A stretch of 64,000 nt of DNA from Desulfosudaceae bacterium (GTDB lineage: Bacteria; Desulfobacterota; Desulfobacteria; Desulfobacterales; Desulfosudaceae). Under the pieces are notes generated by a model that was given only the letters and a program-made list of their open reading frames with translations, made no database searches and was not told where the DNA came from. Shown one piece after another: positions 41,295-50,902 of the stretch; positions within the stretch are counted from its first letter, which is position 1; each line of letters starts with the position of its first letter. Location of the stretch: assembly GCA_963674745.2 (NCBI GenBank), contig CAXXDV010000001.1, positions 2,368,001-2,432,000 on the forward strand. The letters are read 5' to 3'. The position numbers were made by a program, and so were the translations under genes.

Positions 41295-42329
41295 ATGGAG
41301 TCCGGCTGTTATACGGCGCTGATAACGCCGTTTATAGATGACAAAGTGGATGCGGAAGGGCTGGAACGGCTTGTCGAATTCCAGATGCTAAACGGTATTT
41401 CCGGAATCGTGGCGGTGGGAACAACCGGTGAAAGCCCGACTCTCGGCTGGGAAGAGCATAACCAGGTAACGGAGCGTATCGCCCGGATGATCAAAGGCAA
41501 AGGCCTGTGTATTGCCGGTACCGGAAGTAATAATACCGCCGAAACCCTGGAGGGGACCGCCCATTCCGTCAAGGCCGGCGCCCAGGCCGTGCTGCTGGTT
41601 GATCCGTACTATAACGGACCCAGTTCGCTCGAGATTAGAAAAGAGTATATTGAACCGGTGGCCCGGGAATTTCCGGACACAACCGTTATCCCTTACGTCG
41701 TGCCGGGCCGGACCGGCGCGCAGATCCTGCCCGAGGACCTGGCCCTGGCCGGCGAGCGCTTTCCTAATGTCTGCGCGGTCAAGGACGCCACGGGAAATCT
41801 GGATAACATGCGGCGGACCCGTCAGTGCTGCGGCGAAAATTTTTCTATTCTGTCCGGGGACGATAACCTGACCTGCCTGATGATGGCCGATCCGTTGATC
41901 CGGGCCGGCGGGGTTATTTCCGTGTATGCCAATATTTTCCCCGGGGCCATGTCGGAGATGGTTACCGCGGCGGCCCGGGATGAACGTGAAGTCGCCGGTC
42001 GCCTGGAAAAACAACTGGGGCCGTTACTGGAACTGGTAACGGTGACCACCACGGAATCAACGCCTCATGGCCCGGTCGCCTGCCGGGCCAGAAATCCCCT
42101 GCCGGTCAAGACCCTGATGGCGGTTCTGGGTATGCCTTCAGGCGGATGCCGCCGGCCGTTGGGCAGAATGACCGCCACCGGTCTGGACAAGCTGTTGACG
42201 GCAGCCAGGGAAATGCTTGCCGAGTCGCCTGAACTGTTTACGCCCATTGCGGATTTCTTCGGGATTGATGTGGAAGCCCGTTTGAATGACCCCGATGCGA
42301 TCAAGCAACTGGTCTACGACGCCTATTAG
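41295..42329 (+). CDS. dapA: 4-hydroxy-tetrahydrodipicolinate synthase
   Basis: TALITPF, GTTGES, PYYN, YxxPxRTG, AVKDA and SGDD motifs. Confidence 0.9.
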   Translation: MESGCYTALITPFIDDKVDAEGLERLVEFQMLNGISGIVAVGTTGESPTLGWEEHNQVTERIARMIKGKGLCIAGTGSNNTAETLEGTAHSVKAGAQAVLLVDPYYNGPSSLEIRKEYIEPVAREFPDTTVIPYVVPGRTGAQILPEDLALAGERFPNVCAVKDATGNLDNMRRTRQCCGENFSILSGDDNLTCLMMADPLIRAGGVISVYANIFPGAMSEMVTAAARDEREVAGRLEKQLGPLLELVTVTTTESTPHGPVACRARNPLPVKTLMAVLGMPSGGCRRPLGRMTATGLDKLLTAAREMLAESPELFTPIADFFGIDVEARLNDPDAIKQLVYDAY

Positions 42330-42340
42330 CCATCAAGCCT

Positions 42341-42491
42341 GATGGATTCGTAAAAAGTCAACACTTGGATGGCAAAGTAAAAAGTTCAAGATCAAGGCGC
42401 GCAAATTCTGAGGAATACAGCGTACGCAGAAATACGTGAAATTCCGAAGAATGCAGCGCAACGCAGATATTGAGCTTTTTACGAAGCCATC
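42341..42491. mobile_element. MITE-like non-coding element
   Basis: Terminal inverted repeats gatggattcgtaaaaag / ctttttacgaagccatc; internal second left-end copy; 14-bp direct repeat agccatcaagcctg at 42328 and 42485. Confidence 0.6.
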
Positions 42492-43278
42492 AAGCCTGGG
42501 GCGCGGCTTCGCCTTTAAACAGAATGGATTTGAGCCAGCGGAAACCGAATTTCAGCAGTTCGACTTCATCGTTTTCAATGGCCTGTCGGGTTTTTTCATC
42601 TGGTGGAAATCGTTCCAGGAACGTACTCTCGAATACGAACCGCCGAAAACGATCTATATCGTAAGATACCATGAAAAACATTTTTTTGGCCTCTTCCGTC
42701 AGTTTGATGTTTGAGGGAAATGACCGCTTGCGGACAACCAGATCCGTCCATTCGGCATTAATATCGTCATGAATGTCCACGCCCTGGTCCTTTCGCCAGG
42801 ATGCCACCGTCCATTCGTCAGGCTCTTCAAAACCCCGGCAATGGGGTTCATTGACGAAAAAATAAAATCCGTCCTCATCTGTCGGCAGGTTCCCTTCTTT
42901 GTGACTTAACGAGGCCACGCCCAAAGGATAATAACGACAGGTGGTGGGCCGGTCTTCATATACTATGCAACCGTCTTCGCGGACAAAGGGGCAGGATTGC
43001 CGGTCATCGTCCAGTAACTTCAAGGTAACCACCGGCAGATCGGTTTTTTCCAGAATCTGCGGTTTGGTATAGATGGCCAGAAACTGATCCGAGGGCAGTT
43101 CCAGCCGGTTTTTCAAACGGACAATGTCATAAGGGGTCAGAATGATATTGATCCCCCGGCAGCACTCCGTGAAACAGGAAACGCCTTTATGACACCTGAA
43201 TTGAAACTTATCGTTCAGGCCGAATTTCACCGGCTGAACATTTGCCATTTTACCTGAGTTTTCGTTATGTGTATCCAT
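42490..43278 (-). CDS. YkgJ-family cysteine-cluster (zinc/iron-chelating) protein
   Basis: FRC...CFTECC, CPF...C..YEDRPTTCRYYP and CRG motifs. Confidence 0.88.
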   Translation of the reverse strand: MDTHNENSGKMANVQPVKFGLNDKFQFRCHKGVSCFTECCRGINIILTPYDIVRLKNRLELPSDQFLAIYTKPQILEKTDLPVVTLKLLDDDRQSCPFVREDGCIVYEDRPTTCRYYPLGVASLSHKEGNLPTDEDGFYFFVNEPHCRGFEEPDEWTVASWRKDQGVDIHDDINAEWTDLVVRKRSFPSNIKLTEEAKKMFFMVSYDIDRFRRFVFESTFLERFPPDEKTRQAIENDEVELLKFGFRWLKSILFKGEAAPQA

Positions 43279-43454
43279 GGAATATATCTTTCATCCTTAA
43301 TGTTTTTAATTTGTCAAAGCTGATCTTCGGTGCCGGACTGTATCATAATGCGCGGTCAAAAAAAAATATTTTATGGCGCTTGATTTTCCATTTCAGCCGC
43401 TGTAGGTTAGGTTACTTGAAGCATTAACCTTATTTATTGTAATACGGGAATATC

Positions 43455-43907
43455 ATGGAAATGATGACCTGTCGAGAATATTCTGCAGGAAGGCGGTTCG
43501 TGGGCCGGCTGCCCCATGGCGGAGACCTGTCGGAAGCCCTGGAAACCTTTTGTTCCGGCAACAATGTGCGGACGGCCGTTTTTTCCCTGATCGGCGCGGT
43601 TTCAAAGGCGGTCCTGGGCACATATGATCAGTCGCAGCAGGTTTATGCCACGTTTACGACTGAAGGCGACCTGGAGATCCTTTCCTGCACCGGCAATGTT
43701 TCGATAAAAGACGATAAGCCGTTCGTGCACGCGCATGTGATTCTGGCCGAAGAGGGCGGGAAGACAATCGGCGGTCATCTTTTTCCCGGGACAATTATTT
43801 TTGCCGGGGAGGCCCATATCCTGGAACTGATCGGCCCGCCCCTGGCAAGGGAACATGATCCGGTCACCGGCTTGATGCTGTGGGGACCTGAAAATATCAG
43901 GGATTGA
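43455..43907 (+). CDS. PPC/DUF296 domain protein
   Basis: EILSCTGN, HAH and GGHL motifs. Confidence 0.85.
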   Translation: MEMMTCREYSAGRRFVGRLPHGGDLSEALETFCSGNNVRTAVFSLIGAVSKAVLGTYDQSQQVYATFTTEGDLEILSCTGNVSIKDDKPFVHAHVILAEEGGKTIGGHLFPGTIIFAGEAHILELIGPPLAREHDPVTGLMLWGPENIRD

Positions 43908-43936
43908 TATGCCCTGATAAGATATACGGAGGAATT

Positions 43937-44998
43937 ATGGCTTTATCCATTACAAAGGCAACAACACTTAAAAGCCATCCCAAAGATGACGGGTTGGCGT
44001 TCGGCAATGTTTTTACGGATCATATGTTCAATATGGACTACAGCCGCAAAGCCGGCTGGCATAATCCCCGGATAGAACCTTATAGCGATTTTGTGCTTTC
44101 GCCGGCGGCCATGGTGTTACATTACGGGCAGGCGATTTTTGAGGGGCTTAAGGCCTATCGTACCGATTCAGGAGCGATTCAGTTGTTCCGGCCCGGGGAG
44201 AATATGCGCCGGTTGAATGCTTCGGCCAGGCGCCTGTGCATTCCCGCTTTTGATGAAACCGAGGTGATGTCATACCTCCTCGAGTTGATCCGGCTGGAAA
44301 AGGCCTGGGTGCCGGCAGCAAATGGAACGTCTCTGTATATTCGCCCGTTTATTATTGCCACTGATCCGTATATCGGCCTGAAAACGTCCGATACCTATCG
44401 TTTTTCCATTATCCTCTGCCCGGTGGGGGCATACTATCCCGAGGGATTTGATCCGGTTAAAATATGGGTTTCGAAAGACTATGTGCGGGCAATCCGCGGC
44501 GGGGTGGGTGATGTCAAGACAGCCGGAAACTACGCGGCCAGTCTCTTTGCCACCGAGGTGGCCCATGAGGAAGGGTTTACCCAGGTGCTGTGGCTGGACG
44601 GCGTAGACCGGAAGTATGTCGAAGAAGTCGGCTCGATGAACATCTTTTTCATGATCGGCGACGAAATCATCACACCGGCCATAAACGGCAGTATTCTGCC
44701 GGGCATTACCCGGGATTCGGTGATTCATCTGGCCCGGTCCTGGGGATATAAGGTGTCCGATCGGCGGATCAGCATTGACGAGCTCATTGCCGCTCATCAG
44801 CAGGGCGAATTAAAAGAAGTCTTCGGTTCCGGTACGGCCGCTGTCATCTCTCCGGTAGGCGTCATGAAATATGGAGATGAGGTGTTCACTATCGGTGACG
44901 GCAATGCCGGTGCTTTTTCACGAAAAATGTTTGATGCCCTGACCGACATCCAGTACGGTCGGGCGCCGGCGCCGGACGGCTGGATTCAGCCGGTTTAG
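43937..44998 (+). CDS. ilvE: Branched-chain amino acid aminotransferase
   Basis: LHYGQAIFEGLKA, YIRP, KTAGNY, ILPGITR and GTAAVISPV motifs. Confidence 0.95.
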   Translation: MALSITKATTLKSHPKDDGLAFGNVFTDHMFNMDYSRKAGWHNPRIEPYSDFVLSPAAMVLHYGQAIFEGLKAYRTDSGAIQLFRPGENMRRLNASARRLCIPAFDETEVMSYLLELIRLEKAWVPAANGTSLYIRPFIIATDPYIGLKTSDTYRFSIILCPVGAYYPEGFDPVKIWVSKDYVRAIRGGVGDVKTAGNYAASLFATEVAHEEGFTQVLWLDGVDRKYVEEVGSMNIFFMIGDEIITPAINGSILPGITRDSVIHLARSWGYKVSDRRISIDELIAAHQQGELKEVFGSGTAAVISPVGVMKYGDEVFTIGDGNAGAFSRKMFDALTDIQYGRAPAPDGWIQPV

Positions 44999-45000
44999 AA

Positions 45001-45188
45001 AAGGGTTCAAGGATTCGAGGGGCCAAGGGTTTAAGGGGCCGGCTCTGGTCGCCCTTTAGAGCTTCTTTGGGTCTAAACTACGCTTCATAAGCCCATTTTT
45101 TTCTTTTGTTCACGATAGCTTAACCCGTGAGATACAGCTTTTGTGACGCGTCACTTGACCCCTTGACCCCTCGAATCCTTGAACCCTT
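45001..45188. repeat. 35-bp inverted repeat of CCCTTGAN octamers around a 118-bp core
   Basis: 45001-45035 against 45154-45188, 3 mismatches. Confidence 0.85.
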
Positions 45189-46083
45189 AGAAGTCCGGTT
45201 TGTTCGCCACCAGGATATCGATGATTTTCGGGATGTAGTCGTCGGCCTTGTGGGCGGCAAAACTGCATGCCCCGGCGGCCGCATGGCCACCGCCTTCAAA
45301 TCGGGAAAGCATATCCCCGACATTTACATGACAGTTCCGGTTGAAGATACTGTGCCCCGCGCTGACCACGATCATGTCTTTCTTGTCCGAGGCGTATCGG
45401 ATTTTCAGGTTAACGACAGATTCCGGGAAAAGCGAATACACCAGAAAACGGTTGCCGGTGGGCGCTGTTTCAAGCGCCCTGAAATCGGTCACCGAGACGG
45501 GACCGGTCAAGGTGGTGAACTTTTCCAGGTAATTCTTATATTCCCGGTTTAATTGAACGGCCTGCTTGCATTTTTCGGCCACCGCTTCGTCCTTCATGAC
45601 GTCGCTTATACGGTCGTGTTTCCATAACAGATGTACGAGTTTTTCCCAGTAGGGCGCGTCGTTTTTATGATGGCTGATGATGGTCATGGAAAGAATGAGA
45701 TAGGGGTGGTTTTCCGGGGATAACACTTCATCATAGGTCAGGTCGGCAGAATCGATTTTGTCCGCCTGCTCGGCCAGTTCAGTAAAATCCCGGCTGAACT
45801 GTTTCCGGTAATACTCGAAAATCAGGCCGGCCGCGGAAGGGGCAACCCTGTAAAGGCCGTTGAACGGGATGTCGGTGCGGTTTGAGAAATGGTGGTCAAA
45901 CCACATCAGGCAACCCCGGGCGAAGGGCAGATTGGCAATAATATCATCTGCAGCGATGGTTACCATCTGCTTCTGTATTTCGTCCGGTTCAACCCATTTG
46001 ATGCCCCGGTCTATTTCCAGGGCGTCGTATAGTAATGTCGCGCAGGCAATACTGTCAAAATCCGCTCGGGTGACGATTCGCAT
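45187..46083 (-). CDS. DHH-family phosphoesterase (exopolyphosphatase/nanoRNase-like)
   Basis: TRADFD, FDHH and GGGH motifs. Confidence 0.85.
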   Translation of the reverse strand: MRIVTRADFDSIACATLLYDALEIDRGIKWVEPDEIQKQMVTIAADDIIANLPFARGCLMWFDHHFSNRTDIPFNGLYRVAPSAAGLIFEYYRKQFSRDFTELAEQADKIDSADLTYDEVLSPENHPYLILSMTIISHHKNDAPYWEKLVHLLWKHDRISDVMKDEAVAEKCKQAVQLNREYKNYLEKFTTLTGPVSVTDFRALETAPTGNRFLVYSLFPESVVNLKIRYASDKKDMIVVSAGHSIFNRNCHVNVGDMLSRFEGGGHAAAGACSFAAHKADDYIPKIIDILVANKPDF

Positions 46084-46274
46084 ATTCTTTCCCCCTCCTG
46101 TATGGCATAACGATCACTTCTGCCTGTTTGTATAACAATAATCGGTTGCAGGTTCAATCCACATTTTAAGGGTGTTTCTAAAAATTGCCTTATTTTTAAA
46201 GATTTCCCTTGACAGTTACCCGTCAAAAATTTTAAAAGGCTGAGTCTATAGTAAAATATAAGGAGGTGTGACTT

Positions 46275-46547
46275 ATGCTGTGTACAACAGTCAAGGAAAA
46301 TACAGAATGCCCGTTTATGACGGCAAAAGGCTGTTCTTATAAAGAAGGTGTCTGTCTGCAGGCCGTGGAAGCTTGTGAGGGTTGCAAGCGTCTGGTTGAG
46401 TATCCATCCGGTATTTACTGCTCCGCCTGTCCGGATCCGGCCTTAAAATGGAAAAACGGAAATTGCAATCTGGCCACACACGTGGTTACAGAAGTTGAAG
46501 TCAAGGCCAAAATCAATCCGATTAAAGCCTCAAAACGTCGCGGATAG
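46275..46547 (+). CDS. PxxKW-family cysteine-rich protein
   Basis: PALKW, CNLATH and INPIKASKR motifs; AGGAGG RBS. Confidence 0.85.
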   Translation: MLCTTVKENTECPFMTAKGCSYKEGVCLQAVEACEGCKRLVEYPSGIYCSACPDPALKWKNGNCNLATHVVTEVEVKAKINPIKASKRRG

Positions 46548-46566
46548 ACTGTCATTCTAAATAGTT

Positions 46567-46604
46567 GCATTAAAACCGGCCAAGGCCGGTTTTAATGCTT
46601 TTTT
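46567..46604 (+). terminator. Intrinsic terminator
   Basis: gcattaaaaccggcc-aa-ggccggttttaatgc followed by a T run. Confidence 0.85.
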
Positions 46605-46767
46605 ATTGTCTTTTAACCTCGACATGTTTCTGCCATCCGCATTATACCCCGTTCCAAATCCGAAAATCTCATGAAATATCCGGACTAAAGCTGCCTTTGA
46701 TGATGTTCTGGTAAGATTGTCCTTAACTTATTATTAACGATGCAATAATATTGGACGGCGGAGTGCG

Positions 46768-47898
46768 TTGTTTTATGGTATATTTATAAATGTTCAACCA
46801 CCACCACTAATAGGACTGCTTTTGCCGCCTGCCAGCGAAAATAAAACCATACGGTTTGATCCACGGCCGCCCGGATCTTCGATACCGGGTATCTATATGC
46901 CCCGGGTACAGTTTGGCATTCGCATGCTTCTGGGCATATTGTCGGTAGTTTATTTCTTTGCCCTTCCGACGCCACCGTTTCTTTTAACCCGCCTCGGGGT
47001 GGGGGTGGTCATCGCCTGTTTTTTTATTTTTCATATTGCCTGGTGGTATTATTACCGAATCCGGGGTGCCGGTGACTGGAGTATCCGTCTGGCCGCCCTG
47101 GTCGATGTTCTGGCCGCCTTTACCGGTGTCCTGATCGATCCCTATGAAGTCCCGCCGACCGGGCTACTGGTGATGATAGCTGTGCTGGGAAACGGAATGC
47201 AGCATGGGTTGAAGATTTTTCTCGAGCAGTTTTTAATGATTCTGCTGTTCTGTGTACCGGTCTTTACTATTCGTCAGTTCCTGTTTTTTGGCCCGGCGTC
47301 ATATCAGCTGATTTTTGTTAACCTTTTTATCGCCATATGTATTTATTATGTTTTTCTGCTGCTGAAGCGAATTGAGCTGATGAAGAAAGAGGCGGAATTG
47401 ATGGCGCAGCAGGATCCGTTGACCAGGCTTTACAACCGGAACGCTTTTATTCAGGCGGTGCCCCACCTGCTTTCCCTTCATGAAAGAAAACAGATACCCC
47501 TGGTATTGATGTTCGCGGATCTGGATGACTTTAAACAGGTGAATGATCGGTTGGGGCATGCTTTTGGAGACAAGGTGTTGCGGTTTTTTGCCCGCCTGAC
47601 CGGAGAACTACTGAGAAAATCAGATCTTGTCGCCCGCTATGGAGGGGATGAATTCGTGTTTATGCTGGTCGATATGACGGTCAGTGAAGCCGAACAGGTG
47701 GCCCTTCGCCTGCAACGCGAATTTCTCCAATGGGCGGAAGAGCATGACGTGGGGGTGGGGGTCAGTTTTGGTGTTGCGGCTGTTCCTGAAAAAGATGTCG
47801 GCCTGGAGCGGATGCTCAGGCATGCTGATGAGGCGTTGTATCAGGCCAAAGCCCACAAGGGCGCCCGGAAAATCGTGATCGCGCCGCCTATGGACTGA
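46768..47898 (+). CDS. Membrane-bound diguanylate cyclase (start uncertain)
   Basis: TM region; DPLT, DLDDFK, RxxD I-site and RYGGDEF motifs. Confidence 0.88.
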   Translation: MFYGIFINVQPPPLIGLLLPPASENKTIRFDPRPPGSSIPGIYMPRVQFGIRMLLGILSVVYFFALPTPPFLLTRLGVGVVIACFFIFHIAWWYYYRIRGAGDWSIRLAALVDVLAAFTGVLIDPYEVPPTGLLVMIAVLGNGMQHGLKIFLEQFLMILLFCVPVFTIRQFLFFGPASYQLIFVNLFIAICIYYVFLLLKRIELMKKEAELMAQQDPLTRLYNRNAFIQAVPHLLSLHERKQIPLVLMFADLDDFKQVNDRLGHAFGDKVLRFFARLTGELLRKSDLVARYGGDEFVFMLVDMTVSEAEQVALRLQREFLQWAEEHDVGVGVSFGVAAVPEKDVGLERMLRHADEALYQAKAHKGARKIVIAPPMD

Positions 47899-48038
47899 AT
47901 TTCCCCTCTACCCGTCTGCTTTTTAAAAGTTCGTCATGTTTATTACAAAAAGACTTGAAAATCCGATCAGGAGTATGTTAGTTAATATTTTTTATTAATT
48001 TTGGCCTGATCCGGTTAATATAAATATGAGGTAGGTAG

Positions 48039-48623
48039 ATGATATCAAAAGAAAATGCGAAACTTGCAGTTGGCCTTGCGGGTGTTCTGTTGTTGGTTGG
48101 AATCGTCTGTTATGCGATCGGTGGACCGGAAATAAATTCTGATGATGGGCCGCTCAGGAAGGTCTTTATGGGGTTAGCCGGCGATGTCCTGTTCGATCAT
48201 CAGGCGCATATGGATTACGAGGGGGACTGTTTTGCCTGTCACCACCATGGCAGTGAGGATGAATTCCAGGCTTGTGATACCTGTCATTTGTCCGCGGTCC
48301 CGGCGACGGTCCCGGATGTTTGTAACGATTGCCATTCTTACGATGATGATGATTATATGGCGGATGTCCATTCCGAGCACCATGCCCTTCTAGAGAGCGA
48401 GCCTGACAATTATTCCTGCAAAACCTGTCATCAGGTCGCCGAAGGGGAGTCCATGCCCGCTGTCTGCGAAGACTGCCATGATCCGTCTGAAGTCGAAGAC
48501 CAGGTCAAAATCATGAACTACCAGAAGGCTGACGACGCCATGCATGGCCAGTGCATCGGCTGCCATGAAGATTATGGTGCCGGGCCGGTGGCATGCAATG
48601 AATGCCACGCCCAGAAAAAATGA
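48039..48623 (+). CDS. Rnf-associated multiheme cytochrome c (c3 family, 7 CxxCH)
   Basis: N-terminal hydrophobic segment; FDHQAH; CFACH, CDTCH, CNDCH, CKTCH, CEDCH, CIGCH, CNECH. Confidence 0.9.
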   Translation: MISKENAKLAVGLAGVLLLVGIVCYAIGGPEINSDDGPLRKVFMGLAGDVLFDHQAHMDYEGDCFACHHHGSEDEFQACDTCHLSAVPATVPDVCNDCHSYDDDDYMADVHSEHHALLESEPDNYSCKTCHQVAEGESMPAVCEDCHDPSEVEDQVKIMNYQKADDAMHGQCIGCHEDYGAGPVACNECHAQKK

Positions 48624-48672
48624 TAACAGGCGGGTTTAAATAATTAACGCACACGAGGATAAAGGTAAGACG

Positions 48673-49950
48673 ATGATTAAACGATCGTTTTTCGGATTTG
48701 CAAAGCCCAACGTCCAGTATGAACGGGCGGATATTTTCCCGATGCGGCAGGAAATACCGGCCCCGGCGCAGGTGACGTTTTTGGCGGATGTACCTTATGA
48801 ACGGGCGGACCTGTTGACGATTCAGACCGGTGATGCGGTCGGCAGCGGACAGAAGATTCAACCGGTCAACGGCAACCCGGCCTATGTGACCGCTGCAGCC
48901 GGGGGAGTCATATCGTCGATTTCTTCCCACATCGGTAATTTCGGTAAAAAATATACCGCTATTACCATTGACGTGGATAAAGATGCGGTGGTTGATACGC
49001 AACTCCAGGAGGCCGGAAAAGAGCTCACCATGGGTACTATTGCGGACCTTCTGCGATGTGTTCCCGGCGGGCTGCCCGACGGGCTCTTTAATGGTTCGGA
49101 TGCTCTGGATACCATTGTCGTTCAGGGGGCGGATGAAGACCTGCTGGGCATTACCCAACCCTATATTGTCAAGCAGGAGATGTCCTCCCTAAAGCAGGGT
49201 GTTGCTCTTCTGCAGAAAGTTACCGGCGCCAAGCGGGTCGTGCTGACAGTGCCTTTTTCAATGGCTTCCGAAGGCGGTGCTTCCGGCGCTGAGGTCAAAA
49301 CCCTCAGCCCGAAATATCCGGCGGCCAATCCCCGGCTGATTGCCCGGGATTGTCTGGGTATTACCATACCGGCCGGATCAACATGCGAAGCCGCCGGCAT
49401 TTGTTTTATCTCAGCCGAAGCGGTGGCGGCATTGGGCAAGGCTTATGAAACCGGGACGATACCGAATCGTAAAATTATTACCGTGGTCAAAAGAAGCGGA
49501 GAGAAAATGCTTGTTTCCGCTGTTATTGGTACGCCTGCCGGAGATGTTCTGGCAGCCTGCTCCGAAACGCTTAACGCCAATGACCGGTTTGTTTTCGGCG
49601 GTCCCATGACCGGTTCGGCGGCGGTCTCGGAATCCGATCCGGTGGGCGTGGATACGGACATCATTATCGTACAGGATTCTGCCGCCCTTCCGGCAGTAGT
49701 TGACAGGAGCTGCATCAATTGTGGTGAGTGTGTCAGGATGTGTCCCGCCAATGTGCCGGTCAATATTCTGATCCGGTATCTGGCCGCCGGCGAATACAGT
49801 GACGCCGTTGACCAGTGCGATCTGCTTTCCTGCATTGAATGCGGCTTGTGCGCTTTTGTTTGTCCCGTAAATATCCCGATATTTCAGTATATAAAATTAG
49901 GAAAATATGAATTTGCCAGTCTTAACACAGCGGAGGCGGATGATGCATAG
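48673..49950 (+). CDS. rnfC: Rnf complex subunit C (atypical)
   Basis: KYP, GGPMTG and two [4Fe-4S] motifs (CINCGEC..CP, CIECGLC..CP); operon position. Confidence 0.85.
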   Translation: MIKRSFFGFAKPNVQYERADIFPMRQEIPAPAQVTFLADVPYERADLLTIQTGDAVGSGQKIQPVNGNPAYVTAAAGGVISSISSHIGNFGKKYTAITIDVDKDAVVDTQLQEAGKELTMGTIADLLRCVPGGLPDGLFNGSDALDTIVVQGADEDLLGITQPYIVKQEMSSLKQGVALLQKVTGAKRVVLTVPFSMASEGGASGAEVKTLSPKYPAANPRLIARDCLGITIPAGSTCEAAGICFISAEAVAALGKAYETGTIPNRKIITVVKRSGEKMLVSAVIGTPAGDVLAACSETLNANDRFVFGGPMTGSAAVSESDPVGVDTDIIIVQDSAALPAVVDRSCINCGECVRMCPANVPVNILIRYLAAGEYSDAVDQCDLLSCIECGLCAFVCPVNIPIFQYIKLGKYEFASLNTAEADDA

Positions 49951-50902
49951 CGAGAAAAAACTTGTTGTTTCACATGCGCCGTTCTGGCATGACGGTGGGT
50001 CTATTTCCGCCAGGCATTATAATATCATGCTGGCGGCATTGATTCCTGTCATTGCCGGGTTTGTGACTTATGGTATTCCCGCGATCGGTGTTGTCGCCCT
50101 TTCGATTTCATGCGCCATTTTATGGGAACTCCTGATGAATAAAGTCATGCAACGGCCGGTTTCAATAGGTGACGGCAACGCGGCTTTAATTGGATTGTTA
50201 TTTGCCATGTTGCTGCCCGCCACCATGCCCTGGTGGGCGGTGGTTATCGGAACCTTTGTCGCGATTGTGATCGCCAAACAGATCTTCGGCGGTCTGGGCG
50301 CCAATCCCTTTAATCCGGCTGTGATCAGTATCGCCATTCTGATGGCAGCATGGCCCCAGTTTTTTAATTTTAATCACATGCTGGCCAATTACGACACCGG
50401 TTTTGCCATGGCTTATCCCCTTGGTCTGGCCAAGTATTTCGGTGCCTCATCGGTGACCGCCTTTACCCCGGGTGCGCTTCTTTTGGGCAAACAGTCCGGG
50501 GGGATCGGAACGACATTCGGCCTGGGGCTGATCATCGGCGGTGTTTACCTGATGCTTCGGGGGTATATCCGATGGGAAGTGGCTGTTTCGTTTTTAGTCG
50601 GTGTGTTTGTAACGGCCTTGTTGTTTAACAGGTTCGGCGGTGAGCAATACGCCGGTCCGGTTGTTCATCTGCTGGCCGGTTACACCCTGGTCGGTGCTTT
50701 TTTTCTGGCAACCGAGGATTCCACCTCTCCGGTAAACTTTGTGCCGATGATCATTTATGGCATCGCCGGTGGTGTGTTGACAGTGCTGATCAGAAACATC
50801 GGGAATTATGTTGACGGTGTCGTTTTTGCAATTTTGATTATCAACCTGGTCAATCCGCTGGTCGATAAAATTCGTCCAAAAGCATTGGGAAGGGCAGCAT
50901 AA
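49940..50902 (+). CDS. rnfD: Rnf complex subunit D
   Basis: KQIFGGLGANPFNPA, FFLATE and GVVFAIL motifs. Confidence 0.9.
   Translation: MMHSEKKLVVSHAPFWHDGGSISARHYNIMLAALIPVIAGFVTYGIPAIGVVALSISCAILWELLMNKVMQRPVSIGDGNAALIGLLFAMLLPATMPWWAVVIGTFVAIVIAKQIFGGLGANPFNPAVISIAILMAAWPQFFNFNHMLANYDTGFAMAYPLGLAKYFGASSVTAFTPGALLLGKQSGGIGTTFGLGLIIGGVYLMLRGYIRWEVAVSFLVGVFVTALLFNRFGGEQYAGPVVHLLAGYTLVGAFFLATEDSTSPVNFVPMIIYGIAGGVLTVLIRNIGNYVDGVVFAILIINLVNPLVDKIRPKALGRAA

Noticed and set aside
42436..42714. Short ORFs starting inside the MITE-like element
   Set aside because: They overlap ykgJ in antisense and have no transposase motifs
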